Assembly (NCBI GenBank): GCA_050951805.1
Contig: JBMNJT010000002.1
Location: 352,001-416,000, forward strand
Direction of reading: 5' to 3'
Origin: Bacillota bacterium
Lineage (GTDB): Bacteria > Bacillota > DTU025
DNA: 64,000 bases
The position numbers and the translations under genes were made by a program. This document shows positions 10,200 through 20,800 of this stretch, one piece after another; position 1 is the first letter of the stretch; each line of letters starts with the position of its first letter. The notes under the pieces were generated by a model. That model ran no database searches. It worked only from the letters and a program-made list of their open reading frames with translations, and was not told the origin of the DNA.

Positions 10200-10612
10200 A
10201 TGGGAAACCTCCTTATTCAGATCAGGCTGTCCTTGAGGCGTGTCCTGATCTCAACCTCAACGGGATAGCTTCAAGGACATGTGGCACATATGTTTATATG
10301 CAGTACAGTGTATGGGGAAAGGGGAGGATATAGAAACCATACATAATGGAAATTACGGGGAGAAACGAGATGAAGCGAGAGGGGTTGGTCAGATTGGGCA
10401 GCTTGCGGGGGCAAGGCGGCATGTTCTGCCCCCATGTTTCGGCCCTGCATCGATTTTCGGGGCCGACCTGTAAGGTAACTGGCATACATGCTCAGGGGAG
10501 TTGCATGGAATGTAGGGACGGAGGGGAAATGCACCATGTGATCTGGGGACTGCCGAAACGGGTGGCGTAGTGGGAGCGGGATGCGGGGGTGGCGCGGGTG
10601 CTGGGGTTTTGC

Positions 10613-11983
10613 ATGAGGACAGAGGGATGCACTGTCGGTCGATCGGGCTCGGGGCGGGAGGCCTTCGGCAGCAGGGTTGGGTTTGTGCTTTCCACGGCAG
10701 GGGCAGCAATCGGGCTGGGAAACCTGTGGCGATTTCCATGGCTGTGCGGGGAGAATGGCGGAGGGGCGTTCCTTTTAATCTACCTTGGGATCATGTTCCT
10801 GGTGGGAATTGGGCTTTTCATGTGCGAGGTGACTCTTGGACGGGCCACACGCCGCTGTAGCGTGGGGGCTTTCAGTGAGATTCGCAAGTCATGGGGATGG
10901 GCGGGGGTGCTGGGTCCTTTTACATCCTTTCTTGAGCTATGCTTTTACAGCGTGGTTGGGGGTTGGGTCATCTGCTATTTTCTCCATGCGCTTGCTGGCT
11001 TTGGGAACATGACGCCGAGTGAATCCGCTCAGCTTTTTGCGGACCTTACTTCAGATCCGTTCTTGCCAATTGCTTTCCATGGGGTTTTCATCGGTGCTAC
11101 GATGATCATCTGCCTTAAAGGGGTGAGGGGCGGTATTGAGAGATTCTCGATGATGATGACGCCGCTTCTCTTCGTTCTCCTGTTCGTGCTGGTAGTTCAC
11201 GCTCTGGCGCTTCCGGGAAGCCGGGAGGGGATCAGGTTCTATCTGGTTCCTGACTTCTCTAAGGTAACTGCAGCGACTTTCAGGGATGCATTGGGCCAAG
11301 TCTTCTTCTCGCTCAGTATTGGCACGGGGTCTATCCTTACCTATGGCAGCTATTTGGGGAGCAAGGAGAACATACCGATGCTGTCGGTAGCCGTTTCGCT
11401 GATGGATACTGCTATTGCTTTCATGGCTGGCCTCATCATATTCCCCGTAGCGTTCTCGTACGGTTTCGAGCCGACCGCAGGCATGGGCCTGACCTTCATC
11501 ACATTGCCTGCGGTACTTGGGGAAATGCCGGCGGGGAATCTTTTCGGGGCCCTTTTTTTCTTCTTGTTTTTGGCGGCTGCCCTCACGTCGTCCATCTCGT
11601 ATCTCGAGACGATAGTGGCGTGCCTTATAGAGGCGAAGGGATGGAACAGGGGGCTGGCTGTGACTTTGTCGGGAGTTCTGGTCTTTGTTGTGGGATGCGT
11701 CTCTTCGCTTTCGCTGGGCTTGCTCAGCGGGTTTACCGTTGGTGGGCTCAGCTTGTTCGGGTTGCTTGACTGGTTGGCAGTAGTCGTGCTTCAGCCCTTG
11801 GGCGGGATGATCCTGGCGATCTTTGTGGGCTGGGTGTGGGGGAAGAACAACGTGCTTTGCGAGGTGACAAACGGGGGAGAGATAAGGTTCAGGCCGGGAA
11901 GTGCCTGGGTTGACGTAGTCCTCAAGTTGATTGCTCCGATTCTCATAGTCGTGATTATCCTGGCGGGGTTGGGCCTTATCTGA
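10613..11983 (+). CDS. Sodium-dependent transporter, NSS/SNF family
   Basis: REAFGSRVGFVLSTAGAAIGLGNLWRFP, NGGGAF, ALGQVFFSLS, AALTSSIS; many transmembrane segments. Start uncertain (10589 or 10613). Confidence 0.92.
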   Translation: MRTEGCTVGRSGSGREAFGSRVGFVLSTAGAAIGLGNLWRFPWLCGENGGGAFLLIYLGIMFLVGIGLFMCEVTLGRATRRCSVGAFSEIRKSWGWAGVLGPFTSFLELCFYSVVGGWVICYFLHALAGFGNMTPSESAQLFADLTSDPFLPIAFHGVFIGATMIICLKGVRGGIERFSMMMTPLLFVLLFVLVVHALALPGSREGIRFYLVPDFSKVTAATFRDALGQVFFSLSIGTGSILTYGSYLGSKENIPMLSVAVSLMDTAIAFMAGLIIFPVAFSYGFEPTAGMGLTFITLPAVLGEMPAGNLFGALFFFLFLAAALTSSISYLETIVACLIEAKGWNRGLAVTLSGVLVFVVGCVSSLSLGLLSGFTVGGLSLFGLLDWLAVVVLQPLGGMILAIFVGWVWGKNNVLCEVTNGGEIRFRPGSAWVDVVLKLIAPILIVVIILAGLGLI

Positions 11984-12078
11984 TATTGTCGGCCTTTAAA
12001 GAGAAAAAGGGCAACGGTTCCATTTCAGTGCATGTATTAGAGTAGGAGGAAATTCGCCAAAAACATGGATGGAGGTTA

Positions 12079-12594
12079 ATGGCTTCATGCTTGACTGGAG
12101 AAAGTCGGGGGGGCAGGGTTGTTGGAGTGGCGCTGATTCTGTTCATGATGACGGCTGCCAGCGGTTGCGGCGGAAACAAGCCGTCGTCAGATCCAAGGAG
12201 CACACCAAATGGGACCTTAAGTGAACTGGAGAAGGCTATCCGAAAGGAGGACATCACTGCCATACTTAGATGTTATACTGACCCGTATTATGTCACCAAT
12301 GACTATGAAACAACGGAGATAACCCATGATATTGCGCGCATCGCCTATGCAATCATATTTGCAGCATACGACTATTCGACATGGTCGTTGGCGGACAGGA
12401 ATATCTCAATGAGCGGCTCTGAAGCGTTCGCCTCGTGTACACAGAAGATGTACTTTGAAGGTGAATGGATGTCTGCTCCTGCGATGTACCGCATGTGCAT
12501 TGTGGGATCAAGGTGGTACATCTACGAAGAAATAGTGGTGGATTCCGGATATGACTTTAGTCCAAGTGTGAGGATGAAGGACTTGGCAAAGTAG
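12079..12594 (+). CDS. Putative lipoprotein, possibly NTF2/SnoaL-like
   Basis: GGAGG RBS; hydrophobic stretch then ASGC lipobox; ends with a RWYIYEE strand. Confidence 0.55.
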   Translation: MASCLTGESRGGRVVGVALILFMMTAASGCGGNKPSSDPRSTPNGTLSELEKAIRKEDITAILRCYTDPYYVTNDYETTEITHDIARIAYAIIFAAYDYSTWSLADRNISMSGSEAFASCTQKMYFEGEWMSAPAMYRMCIVGSRWYIYEEIVVDSGYDFSPSVRMKDLAK

Positions 12595-12893
12595 GAAGTT
12601 GATCGGTACAGGGCCCGAGCGACACCGACGGTACCGTGTCCAACGGGGTTTCCTGCATCTCGAGATATTTGCCGAGCCGGAGAGATAATGCAGCGAAAAC
12701 CTCTGGCAGGTAGGCGCTGTCACATGGCAAAGGGCCAAGTTCTGCCCGGAGGCCGGGGCTTGGATGAATCCATCATCTCTGCTGCGCCGCTTGTATCTAT
12801 GGCGTGGTTTTCGATAGTCGTCAAGCCCTTGGCCAACTAGTCACTGGACATCTATTGTCTTGTGGCTGATGCTCAGATTGAGGAGGTATTGCC

Positions 12894-13300
12894 ATGAGCC
12901 AACATACATTGGTAACCGTTCAGGAGCTGGCAGATATGCTGCAGCTTTCGGTGGCGACAATATGGCGGTACACCCGCACCGAGCAAATTCTGTATGTGCA
13001 GCTGCTCAACAGGCAGTACTGTTACGATATTGAGAAGGTTATGGATCACCTTGCAGACAGAGTCTGGACTTATGAAGACTACCTCCGGTTGCCTGATGAA
13101 GAGCGCTATTACTATGAGGTCTTCGGAGGATGCAGGTTCCGTACTACTGGACAGTCGATCCTGAAGACGAAATCATGTGAAGCACATGCATTGAAAGATA
13201 ATGCGTATGTGCTGCGCAGTTCAGGTCTTGACACGGGAGAGTCCACCCACCCTGGGCTTGCATCTGATCTTGCGGCTCTGTGGGGGCGGAGAGTGTTTAG
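12894..13300 (+). pseudogene. Excisionase-type HTH fused to an internally deleted, frameshifted Uma2 (DUF820) nuclease
   Basis: LVTVQELADMLQLSVATIWRY HTH, then the Uma2 start WTYEDYLRLPDE-RYYYEVFGG. It jumps straight to Uma2 C-terminal pieces in shifted frames (VPYYWTVDPED; EAHALKDNAY...DLAALW); the catalytic core is missing. Confidence 0.65.
13126..13176 (+). repeat. 51-bp direct repeat, copy 1
   Basis: GAGGATGCAGGTTCCGTACTACTGGACAGTCGATCCTGAAGACGAAATCAT; 47/51 identical to 15943-15993. Confidence 0.9.
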
Positions 13301-13686
13301 TGTAAGCCCCGAAGAGTCTCTGAGCGATTCCAGCGCCTGCATTGTCCGGAGTTCAGACTTTGGCCGCCCAATCAGGCTAAGATACTTCTTACGGGTCAAA
13401 CGGGCAGATCCGGTCCAATCACTCTATGCAAAGCGAAAGTAATGAGCCAATTCAAAGGAGATGGGCGAATACGCGTGGAGTGCCCATGTGGATCTGATTT
13501 CTCGTGGACTGCAAACAGGTTCAGTCGTCTCCGGTAGCCTCGATACGCGGCCGGATGGTGATTCCGGCCGCATACGGGGTTGCAAGCGAACTCCATGGTT
13601 GCCTCATCAGTAGTGATCAGGCACTGACTGCATGCAGCTTTTGCACGATGGATCTCACGTTCCAGGAAGCATTTCTTAATGCAGCA

Positions 13687-14172
13687 CTAGAAAATGTAGC
13701 CTAGCGATACTCCAGATGCTAGAGCGCCAATGAAGCCTTCTGATTCCAGCACCGTACCACCGTAGCCGAGTTCACCCGTAATTCTGAATTTGCCGAGCCG
13801 CAGTTCTGCTCCGCCAGTGACACCGAATAAGGGGATTGTGATGTTTGTTGTGCCGTCTGAAATTGCGACTATGCCTCCGAATCCGCCGCCGAAGGGCCTA
13901 ACATTGCCAGACGTTGCTATGTAGTACCTGACGGTACCGGCGGCCGATACACCAGCTATTGGGTCAAGTGTTACCGGGTTCAAAACTGCTGCCAGGCCTC
14001 CTACAATCCCGACGGCCAATCCGCTGTCGAACTCGTTCTCTATTTCGAGACCGAGTATTCCGGCCCCGGCTCCGTTCTTGAGTCCGATTACCGTGCTCGC
14101 TTCAACCGAGGAGCTTGCATAACTGCAGAGAATAACCAATAGGGCAACGAGGATCACACACGATTTTTTCAT
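13687..14172 (-). CDS. Exported protein, small outer-membrane beta-barrel-like
   Basis: Signal peptide ending VEA; Gly-rich alternating strands (TVRYY, VRPFGG, GAELR, GELGY); C-terminus VSLGYIF. Confidence 0.6.
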   Translation of the reverse strand: MKKSCVILVALLVILCSYASSSVEASTVIGLKNGAGAGILGLEIENEFDSGLAVGIVGGLAAVLNPVTLDPIAGVSAAGTVRYYIATSGNVRPFGGGFGGIVAISDGTTNITIPLFGVTGGAELRLGKFRITGELGYGGTVLESEGFIGALASGVSLGYIF

Positions 14173-14251
14173 GCTACTTTCCTCTCTTACTCAATTAGTC
14201 GCTCAACCTAGCCCTAGGCGGCCCGTTTTCTGCTAAGACTTGGCTGGGCCC

Positions 14252-14926
14252 TTAGAATCTCACCTGTAGAGCATTGGAGAACGCTCTACGAACGCTGTCG
14301 TCCTGAAATGCACTGTTTACAGCCTCGGTTAGTGATCGGCTCAATGAGTCCCTCATGTCGCTGTCTAGCCTGATGATGGTTTCTGGCTGGTCCGAACCGC
14401 TAAACTGGCCTGCCCAGATAACCTTGCCTGTCTCGACATCAGCGATTACCAGATCAAATGTAACCCGCGAATTGACCGATACAGTGACGAGCCCAGGTCT
14501 TGATTCCACCCAGAATGCTTTCAGTCTGCCTCCGGCAACGAAGTCAGAAGTGATATACTCCGGGATTGAGTCGGCGGCTAGATCCCATCCGGATGTCATG
14601 ACCACCACAAATCCCATCGACTCCAACTGCTTAATAAGTGCTGCCTCGAGGATATCAGTGGGAGTTTGGCGCGTGATCCAGGTTTCCACCTTGCTGCCAT
14701 ACATGTTGTAGCCTTCTCCCACTCGATCTTTTTGAGGGCGTTCGTCCCAGATCTTGTTCACTGCTATTGAAGGCTGCTCATTGTAGAACAGCCTTTCCGC
14801 CTGGAAGCCCGGAAGGTATTCGACATCAATTGTTTCAGTGCCCATAAAGCATCCGGTGGTAGTCAGCATGATGCCAAGAGCCAGCGGAAGTATTAGAAAA
14901 GTGTAACTGCTACGTGGACATCTCAT
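14252..14926 (-). CDS. Putative lipoprotein (loosely YajG-like)
   Basis: AGGAGG RBS, LTTTGC lipobox, IADVETGKVIWAG motif typical of CsgG/YajG-like folds. Confidence 0.6.
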   Translation of the reverse strand: MRCPRSSYTFLILPLALGIMLTTTGCFMGTETIDVEYLPGFQAERLFYNEQPSIAVNKIWDERPQKDRVGEGYNMYGSKVETWITRQTPTDILEAALIKQLESMGFVVVMTSGWDLAADSIPEYITSDFVAGGRLKAFWVESRPGLVTVSVNSRVTFDLVIADVETGKVIWAGQFSGSDQPETIIRLDSDMRDSLSRSLTEAVNSAFQDDSVRRAFSNALQVRF

Positions 14927-15066
14927 TCCGATTTCCTCCTTGATTTCAGTGCTAGGCAGACAACCACGAAGATAGCAGCTATGACAATTGGCCAGGCGTA
15001 ACCTACTATACCGGTCAGGCTGAGTAGGCTTAGGATGAGCGCTACGCCTGCGATAATCCAGTACAT
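14923..15066 (-). CDS. Small two-helix membrane protein
   Basis: 47 aa, two hydrophobic segments and a basic tail; ATGA overlap with the next gene. Confidence 0.5.
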   Translation of the reverse strand: MYWIIAGVALILSLLSLTGIVGYAWPIVIAAIFVVVCLALKSRRKSE

Positions 15067-15942
15067 GGCGGGCAAACAACCACCCCCTTTTTCAAGTGCA
15101 ATTGTGACTACGATGCAATGATCGTATTTTGGCATTTGAGATTGGCAGATAGGATGCAATGTGTGGCGCATAATACAAACTATTATCCCAAAACACCAGT
15201 ATACCTTCCTGAGATTTCGAGAAAGCATGCTATTGCCTTGCGTAGTCAAGTTCTTGCCCTTGCTTCAAGATGACACCATCGGATACGAACGTTATCCAGC
15301 CCAATCTTGTCTGCATACCCGGTGAAAGGAGTGGGATCATCAAGGAGAAATGCATAGACGGCACGCCTTATCTGGTTGTGAAGGTCCTTTGAGTTTTTGT
15401 ATTGCCGCTGTTTGAGAATTGGCCAGGGGACTGCTAAGGCCTTTACTTGTAAGTTTGGCCTTCGGTAGAAGCCTAGGGAAGCGCCGTGCGGCGTGGAGCC
15501 GGCCAAGGTTGGCCGCGGGGGCGAGCAGGTTTTACAGACCAGTCTAAAACTTGGACACCCGCGCCCGAAAAACGACTAAATAATAGACACATTCCTTGAA
15601 GGCAGCCCCAAGTTGCCCTTTCATATGAGTGTGTTGAATGCATAGACTGTCGGAGCGCTCACACGGATCTCACGGTCGGGAGTGTATGCGCGTCGCTAAA
15701 GAACATAATTGCCCGCGAGCGGCGAACCGGGAGCCATCTACCCTGGCTTTGCCCCGGGGATCATATCCCAGCGCGGCTGAATGCTGCGGGCGTTTATGGC
15801 TAAGGCCAAGATGTATACGTTGTCGATGCACAAATGCGAACCAATTACCGCACTGCGACATAGGTGCAAAGACGTGTTTATGCCTAGCAGACATCATATG
15901 GCAGGCTAACCGAGAACGCAAAAACTTATTGGGAGTTACTTA

Positions 15943-15993
15943 GAGGATGCAGGTTCCGCACTACTTGACAGTCGATCCTGAAGATGACATCAT
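15943..15993 (+). repeat. 51-bp direct repeat, copy 2
   Basis: GAGGATGCAGGTTCCGCACTACTTGACAGTCGATCCTGAAGATGACATCAT; 4 mismatches to copy 1. Confidence 0.9.
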
Positions 15994-16003
15994 TCGGGGC
16001 CTT

Positions 16004-16585
16004 CTAGTCCCCGAACAAGTCTGCGAAGTTCCCTGTAACTGCGTTTGAGAGGGAAACGCCTAGTTCGTCCTCGGGCATAATCAGCCATTTGCCGCGTTCT
16101 TTGGTAAGTGGAAAATGCACACGTGTGGTGGTCATCGGAACATTAGGGTCATTGATGGCGTTCAAGGTGAGCCGCATGCTCAATTCCTCCACTGATTCAC
16201 CGCCGTCTTCGCTAAAGGCGGATGCTAGTGCTGCACCAAACATCTGTGGCAAGAGGTTGGCCATGAGCCTGGGCATGTCGATTGAGGTTATGTTCACAGG
16301 CACGGTAGCAGTCTTTCCGTCTATCGCGGGCTTTTGGATCGAATAAGTAAGCTTGCTCAAGACGGATAAGGCCACTTCAGCTGCTTCGGGGTCTTGGTCA
16401 TCGAAGTCTTCTAGGTTTGAGGTGTTTCCTCCCAACACGTATTTGCTCATTTCCCTTGAGTCTGCCGCTTTGAATGCATCGAGGAACTTGGCCACTGTCT
16501 TATCAGGAGACATGCCGCATCCAGTGAGGGTCAGGGGTACCAGCAAGACAACCATGGCGATAATGAACCTGGTTGGTCTTTTCAT
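16004..16585 (-). CDS. Lipoprotein, DUF4878/DUF5105-like
   Basis: AAGGAG RBS, LTGC lipobox, SPDKTVAKFLDAFK, IDGKTATVPVNIT, LTKERGKWLI. Confidence 0.75.
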   Translation of the reverse strand: MKRPTRFIIAMVVLLVPLTLTGCGMSPDKTVAKFLDAFKAADSREMSKYVLGGNTSNLEDFDDQDPEAAEVALSVLSKLTYSIQKPAIDGKTATVPVNITSIDMPRLMANLLPQMFGAALASAFSEDGGESVEELSMRLTLNAINDPNVPMTTTRVHFPLTKERGKWLIMPEDELGVSLSNAVTGNFADLFGD

Positions 16586-16709
16586 CAGTCACACTCCTTG
16601 CATGTTTTGTATAGGTACTGATCGTCTCATGGTCAGAAGCTGCTGACAGCTTCAATTATGTTCTGAATTCCCAGCCATTGGGTTGCAGGGTGTTTGAGCT
16701 AGTAGCGAA

Positions 16710-16988
16710 TTAGCGTTTAGCCTCGATTGTTATGGTCCACCCATACTTGGAGCGGTTGGCGCCTTCAAGGATATGGGCGATGCTGCGGTCGAGTGTTTCG
16801 AGGCCGCTGCCAGGCTGATGGCTCAGGTGTTTGCGTATAGAAGGATCCGTTGTCTCGACCGGATCATGTATTTCGCTCCCTTCGTTTCGAACTTCGGCCG
16901 TCTGCAGCCATGGGGTATCTTCTGTTGAGGCCGCTTAGGTGCAGACCAGAACAAGCAGGCCTGACACCATGGCTTTGCGGGAGAACAT
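16710..16988 (-). pseudogene. Small exported-protein gene interrupted by an in-frame TAA
   Basis: AAGGAG RBS, MFSRKAMVSGLLVLVCT*AASTEDTPW...; the frame stays open about 74 codons after the stop. Confidence 0.45.
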
Positions 16989-17866
16989 GGTTTATTACTC
17001 CTTTTTTGGTCTCACATATCTATCTACGCTAATCATTCTTTTTGGCCTTCGTTATCATCTGAAACCCGCGATGAAGCAAGAAACTGGCGGCCCTTGTCCG
17101 CTGTGGCAGAACCTTGCGCAGCGTTGGCTGTGCTGACGGGGAAATCGAACACATCAGGCTTATGTGTGCGCGTGTCAGAGAAGAAGGGATTTTGTAAGCT
17201 GGGCAAGCCCGTCTTCGGGACGGCAGTTGTTGATGCGAGCATCTCTTGCGCATGCGTGTAATCTAGTGGTGGCCGCTTCATATGGTTTGTAAGTTGGAGG
17301 TTGGTGTACAAGGAAGCTTGTAGACATTTCGCGACAGAAGTCCTCTGTGCAGAACCAGAACCTGATGCCGTCGAGTATCTTGATATGGCATTTCGGTTGA
17401 ACGTGCTAACGGCTGCCGCCGGCAAGGAGTCCCCTAATGTGGCTACTAGGCGGCGCCCACCGGACGAAACTGTGGGGAGATGGCACTCAATAATCTCATA
17501 TGAGTCGTGTGCAGCACCGAAAACGTACTCACAAGCTTACCCAAGAATACTAAGGAACCTTAATTGCGAGGGGAATCACAACGGCAATTTACACCACTCG
17601 ACAAGATGTGATCGCTAAGTGCGTACAGGGAAGCCTTTTCTTGCTTGCCTTTACCCTTGGCTATTCAGCCGGTTACAGGCTGTCCGCTGTTACTACATTG
17701 CTTTGACATTCATATCCAGTCACTACCTGGCTAACGTCACTAAAACGGCAGCCAAAATAGAGGACAAACAAGGAATAAGTGAGAATATCATATTTAATTA
17801 CAACTGTTGCACTACGATGCCAGATATTCCAGCCAAAGAATATGAGATGCGGGTAGGTGGGCACGT

Positions 17867-20800
17867 GTGGGCAGAGTGTTCAATGTCTTTAAGGTTCGAG
17901 ATCAGCTCGTCAGTGATTTCAAGGATTACGTTACTGGATTCATACATATCAACGATGAACGCATAAGAGGAAAGGTCGATGAGGAGTTCAAGCATGGCTT
18001 CCTATGGCCGGAGCCTCTGATACAACTGAACCCCTCCTATGAACAGACGAAGTATGTTGATGATCTTGTGGAGGAGGGACTGCTTCATCCCGAATGCAGC
18101 AGGATCTTCCGGCGTGATAAGACCCCTGACAGCCTCGGCAAACCGCTTCGCCTTTACAAACACCAAGAGGAAGCGATTCGTGCGGCAAGCAGCGGAGGCA
18201 ATTACGTTTTGACTACCGGGACAGGTTCCGGCAAGAGCCTTGCTTTCATAATCCCCATCGTGGATTACGTCCTGAGGAACGGTTCAGGCAAGGGTATCCA
18301 GGCAATTATCGTCTATCCCATGAACGCCTTGGCGAACAGCCAGATGGAGGAGCTCGCCAGATATCTAAAGCATGGTTACCATGAGGGCCGCGAACCAGTT
18401 ACTTTCCGACGCTATACAGGGCAAGAAAGCATGAAGGAACGCGAGGAAATCCAGGAGAATCCTCCCGACATTCTCCTTACAAACTATGTCATGCTAGAAT
18501 TGATACTCACGCGCGTACATGAGAGAGGGCTGGTTTGGGCGGGACAAGGCCTTCGTTTTCTTGTTCTCGATGAATTGCATACCTATCGGGGCCGTCAGGG
18601 TGCCGATGTTGCGATGTTGGTGCGTCGGGTCCGGGAGGCATTCGAAGCCCCGAACCTACAATGTATTGGCACATCTGCGACTATGGCCAGTGAAGGCGAT
18701 TTCAGAGATCAGCAAGCCCAGGTGGCAGAGGTGGCGAGCTTGCTCTTTGGGAGCGCCGTTGTTCCGGATCATGTTATCGGCGAAACGCTATGCCGTGTCA
18801 CCCCTGAACGAGATTTGAGTGATCCCAAGTTCATAGAAGAGCTCAGGCAATGCATCACCCATCCAGAGTCTTTCATGCCTAAAGGCTACGAGGCATTCAG
18901 AATGGATCCTTTGTCCATATGGATAGAGAGCACGCTTGGGGTGCGCAAGGAAAAGACCACTGAACGGCTCGTTCGGCAAATACCGATGAGCATAACAGGA
19001 CCGAAAGGCGCGGGGCGGAAGCTTGCAGATCTCACCGGGCTCGACGAACGGCTTTGCACGGAGGCGATCCAAAACCAGCTAGCGGCCAGTTACGATCCTG
19101 CAAATGCTCATCCACAGACTGAGGCAGCTCCATTCGCTTTCAAACTTCACCAGATGATAAGCAGAGGCGATACAGCCTACGCGTCGATAGGATCTCCTGA
19201 CGAGCGATACATAACTCTTCGAGGGCAGCGTTACGTTCCAGGAGAGGACAGGTCGCGATTTCTGTACCCCCTTGTCTTCTGCCGCGAATGCGGCCACGAG
19301 TACTACAGTGTAACGCAGGTAACCCAGACTGGAACTGGGCGGGTGTGCTATGAACCTCGTCAGTTTGGTGACGTGACTCCCGATAACGAACGGGATGACA
19401 GATCGTGCCGCCCTGGCTATCTCTACATTGACGATGACAAGCCGTGGCCGATCGATGACGGTGAAGTTGTGGCGAGGGTTCCCGATAACTGGGTGGAAGA
19501 AATGGCAACCGGGCGGAGGGTGAAAAGATACTATCAAGAGAGAGTGCCAAGCCTTGTTGTTCTTAGTCCAGATGGGACAGTGGCCGAATCCACAGATGAT
19601 GAGCGCATCCTGTGTGCATTCGTGCCGTCTCCATTCCAATTTTGCCCGTACTGCGGAATTGCGCACACGTCAATCTTGGGGGGTGAATACGGCAAGCTGT
19701 CTACCCTCGCTACAGAAGGACGGAGCAGCGCCACAACGATCATCAGCCTGTCAGCAGTCCAATCGCTGCGAAAGTGTGATGAGCTCGACAGCAGCACCCG
19801 CAAACTATTGAGTTTCACTGACAACAGGCAGGATGCCTCGCTTCAGGCAGGCCATTTCAATGACTTTGTACAGGTGGGGCTGATCCGCTCCGCCCTATAC
19901 AAGGCCATGACGGAGGTGGGAGAGAGAGGGCTTACTCACGATGTGCTTCCTCTTAGAGTCCTTGATGCCTTAGATCTTCCTCTAGAGTCGTATGCTTACG
20001 GGGGTGAACATGGTCTTGACTATCAGGCTCGATCCCGGGCTCGAAGATCCATGCAAAGCGTTTTGGAATACACCCTCTATTGCGACTTGGAACGGGGTTG
20101 GCGAGTCAACTCCCCCAATCTGGAACAATGCGATCTGCTCAGGATCGAGTATATAGCCTTGGATGAACTGTGCGCGGATGAAAGTGTCTGGAGCAATAAA
20201 CATGTGTCTCTGAGAGAGGCATCCCCTGAAACTAGGAAAGCCGCATGCGAGGTCTTGCTTGATTACATGAGGCATGGTCTTGCGATCAATGTGGAATGCT
20301 TGGAGCCTGATTACGGGGAAGTTGTCCGACGCCAAAGCGTGCAGAATCTCATAGAGCCTTGGGCTATCGACGAAGGGGAGAAAATGAAGACCGCCGCAGC
20401 CCTGTTTCCCGGCCCTCGTCCGAAAACACGGTATGGTGGAGGCGACGATCTCTACGCTTCCGGGAGGGGCTTGTACTGCGGTTACCTCCGGAGAAGCACA
20501 ACTTTCCCGGATTATCCCGAGAAACTCAGTTTAGATGAGGCCGAAAGCGTGTTGAAGTGTCTCCTGGACGCTCTTCGCTACGGAGGGCTTATTGTTGAGG
20601 TTCCCGAATACCGCCGGCGGGACAAAAACGTTCCAGGCTATCAAGTGAGGGCCAGCGGGATGATGTGGAAGGCTGGAGATGGAACCAATCCCAGGCCTGA
20701 TCCCTTGCGCACGTGGCCTGGCTTTGAGAATCTTCATAAAGCCAATCCGTTCTTCCTGGAACACTACACTGGGAAGGCCAGAAAGCTTCAGGGGATAGAA

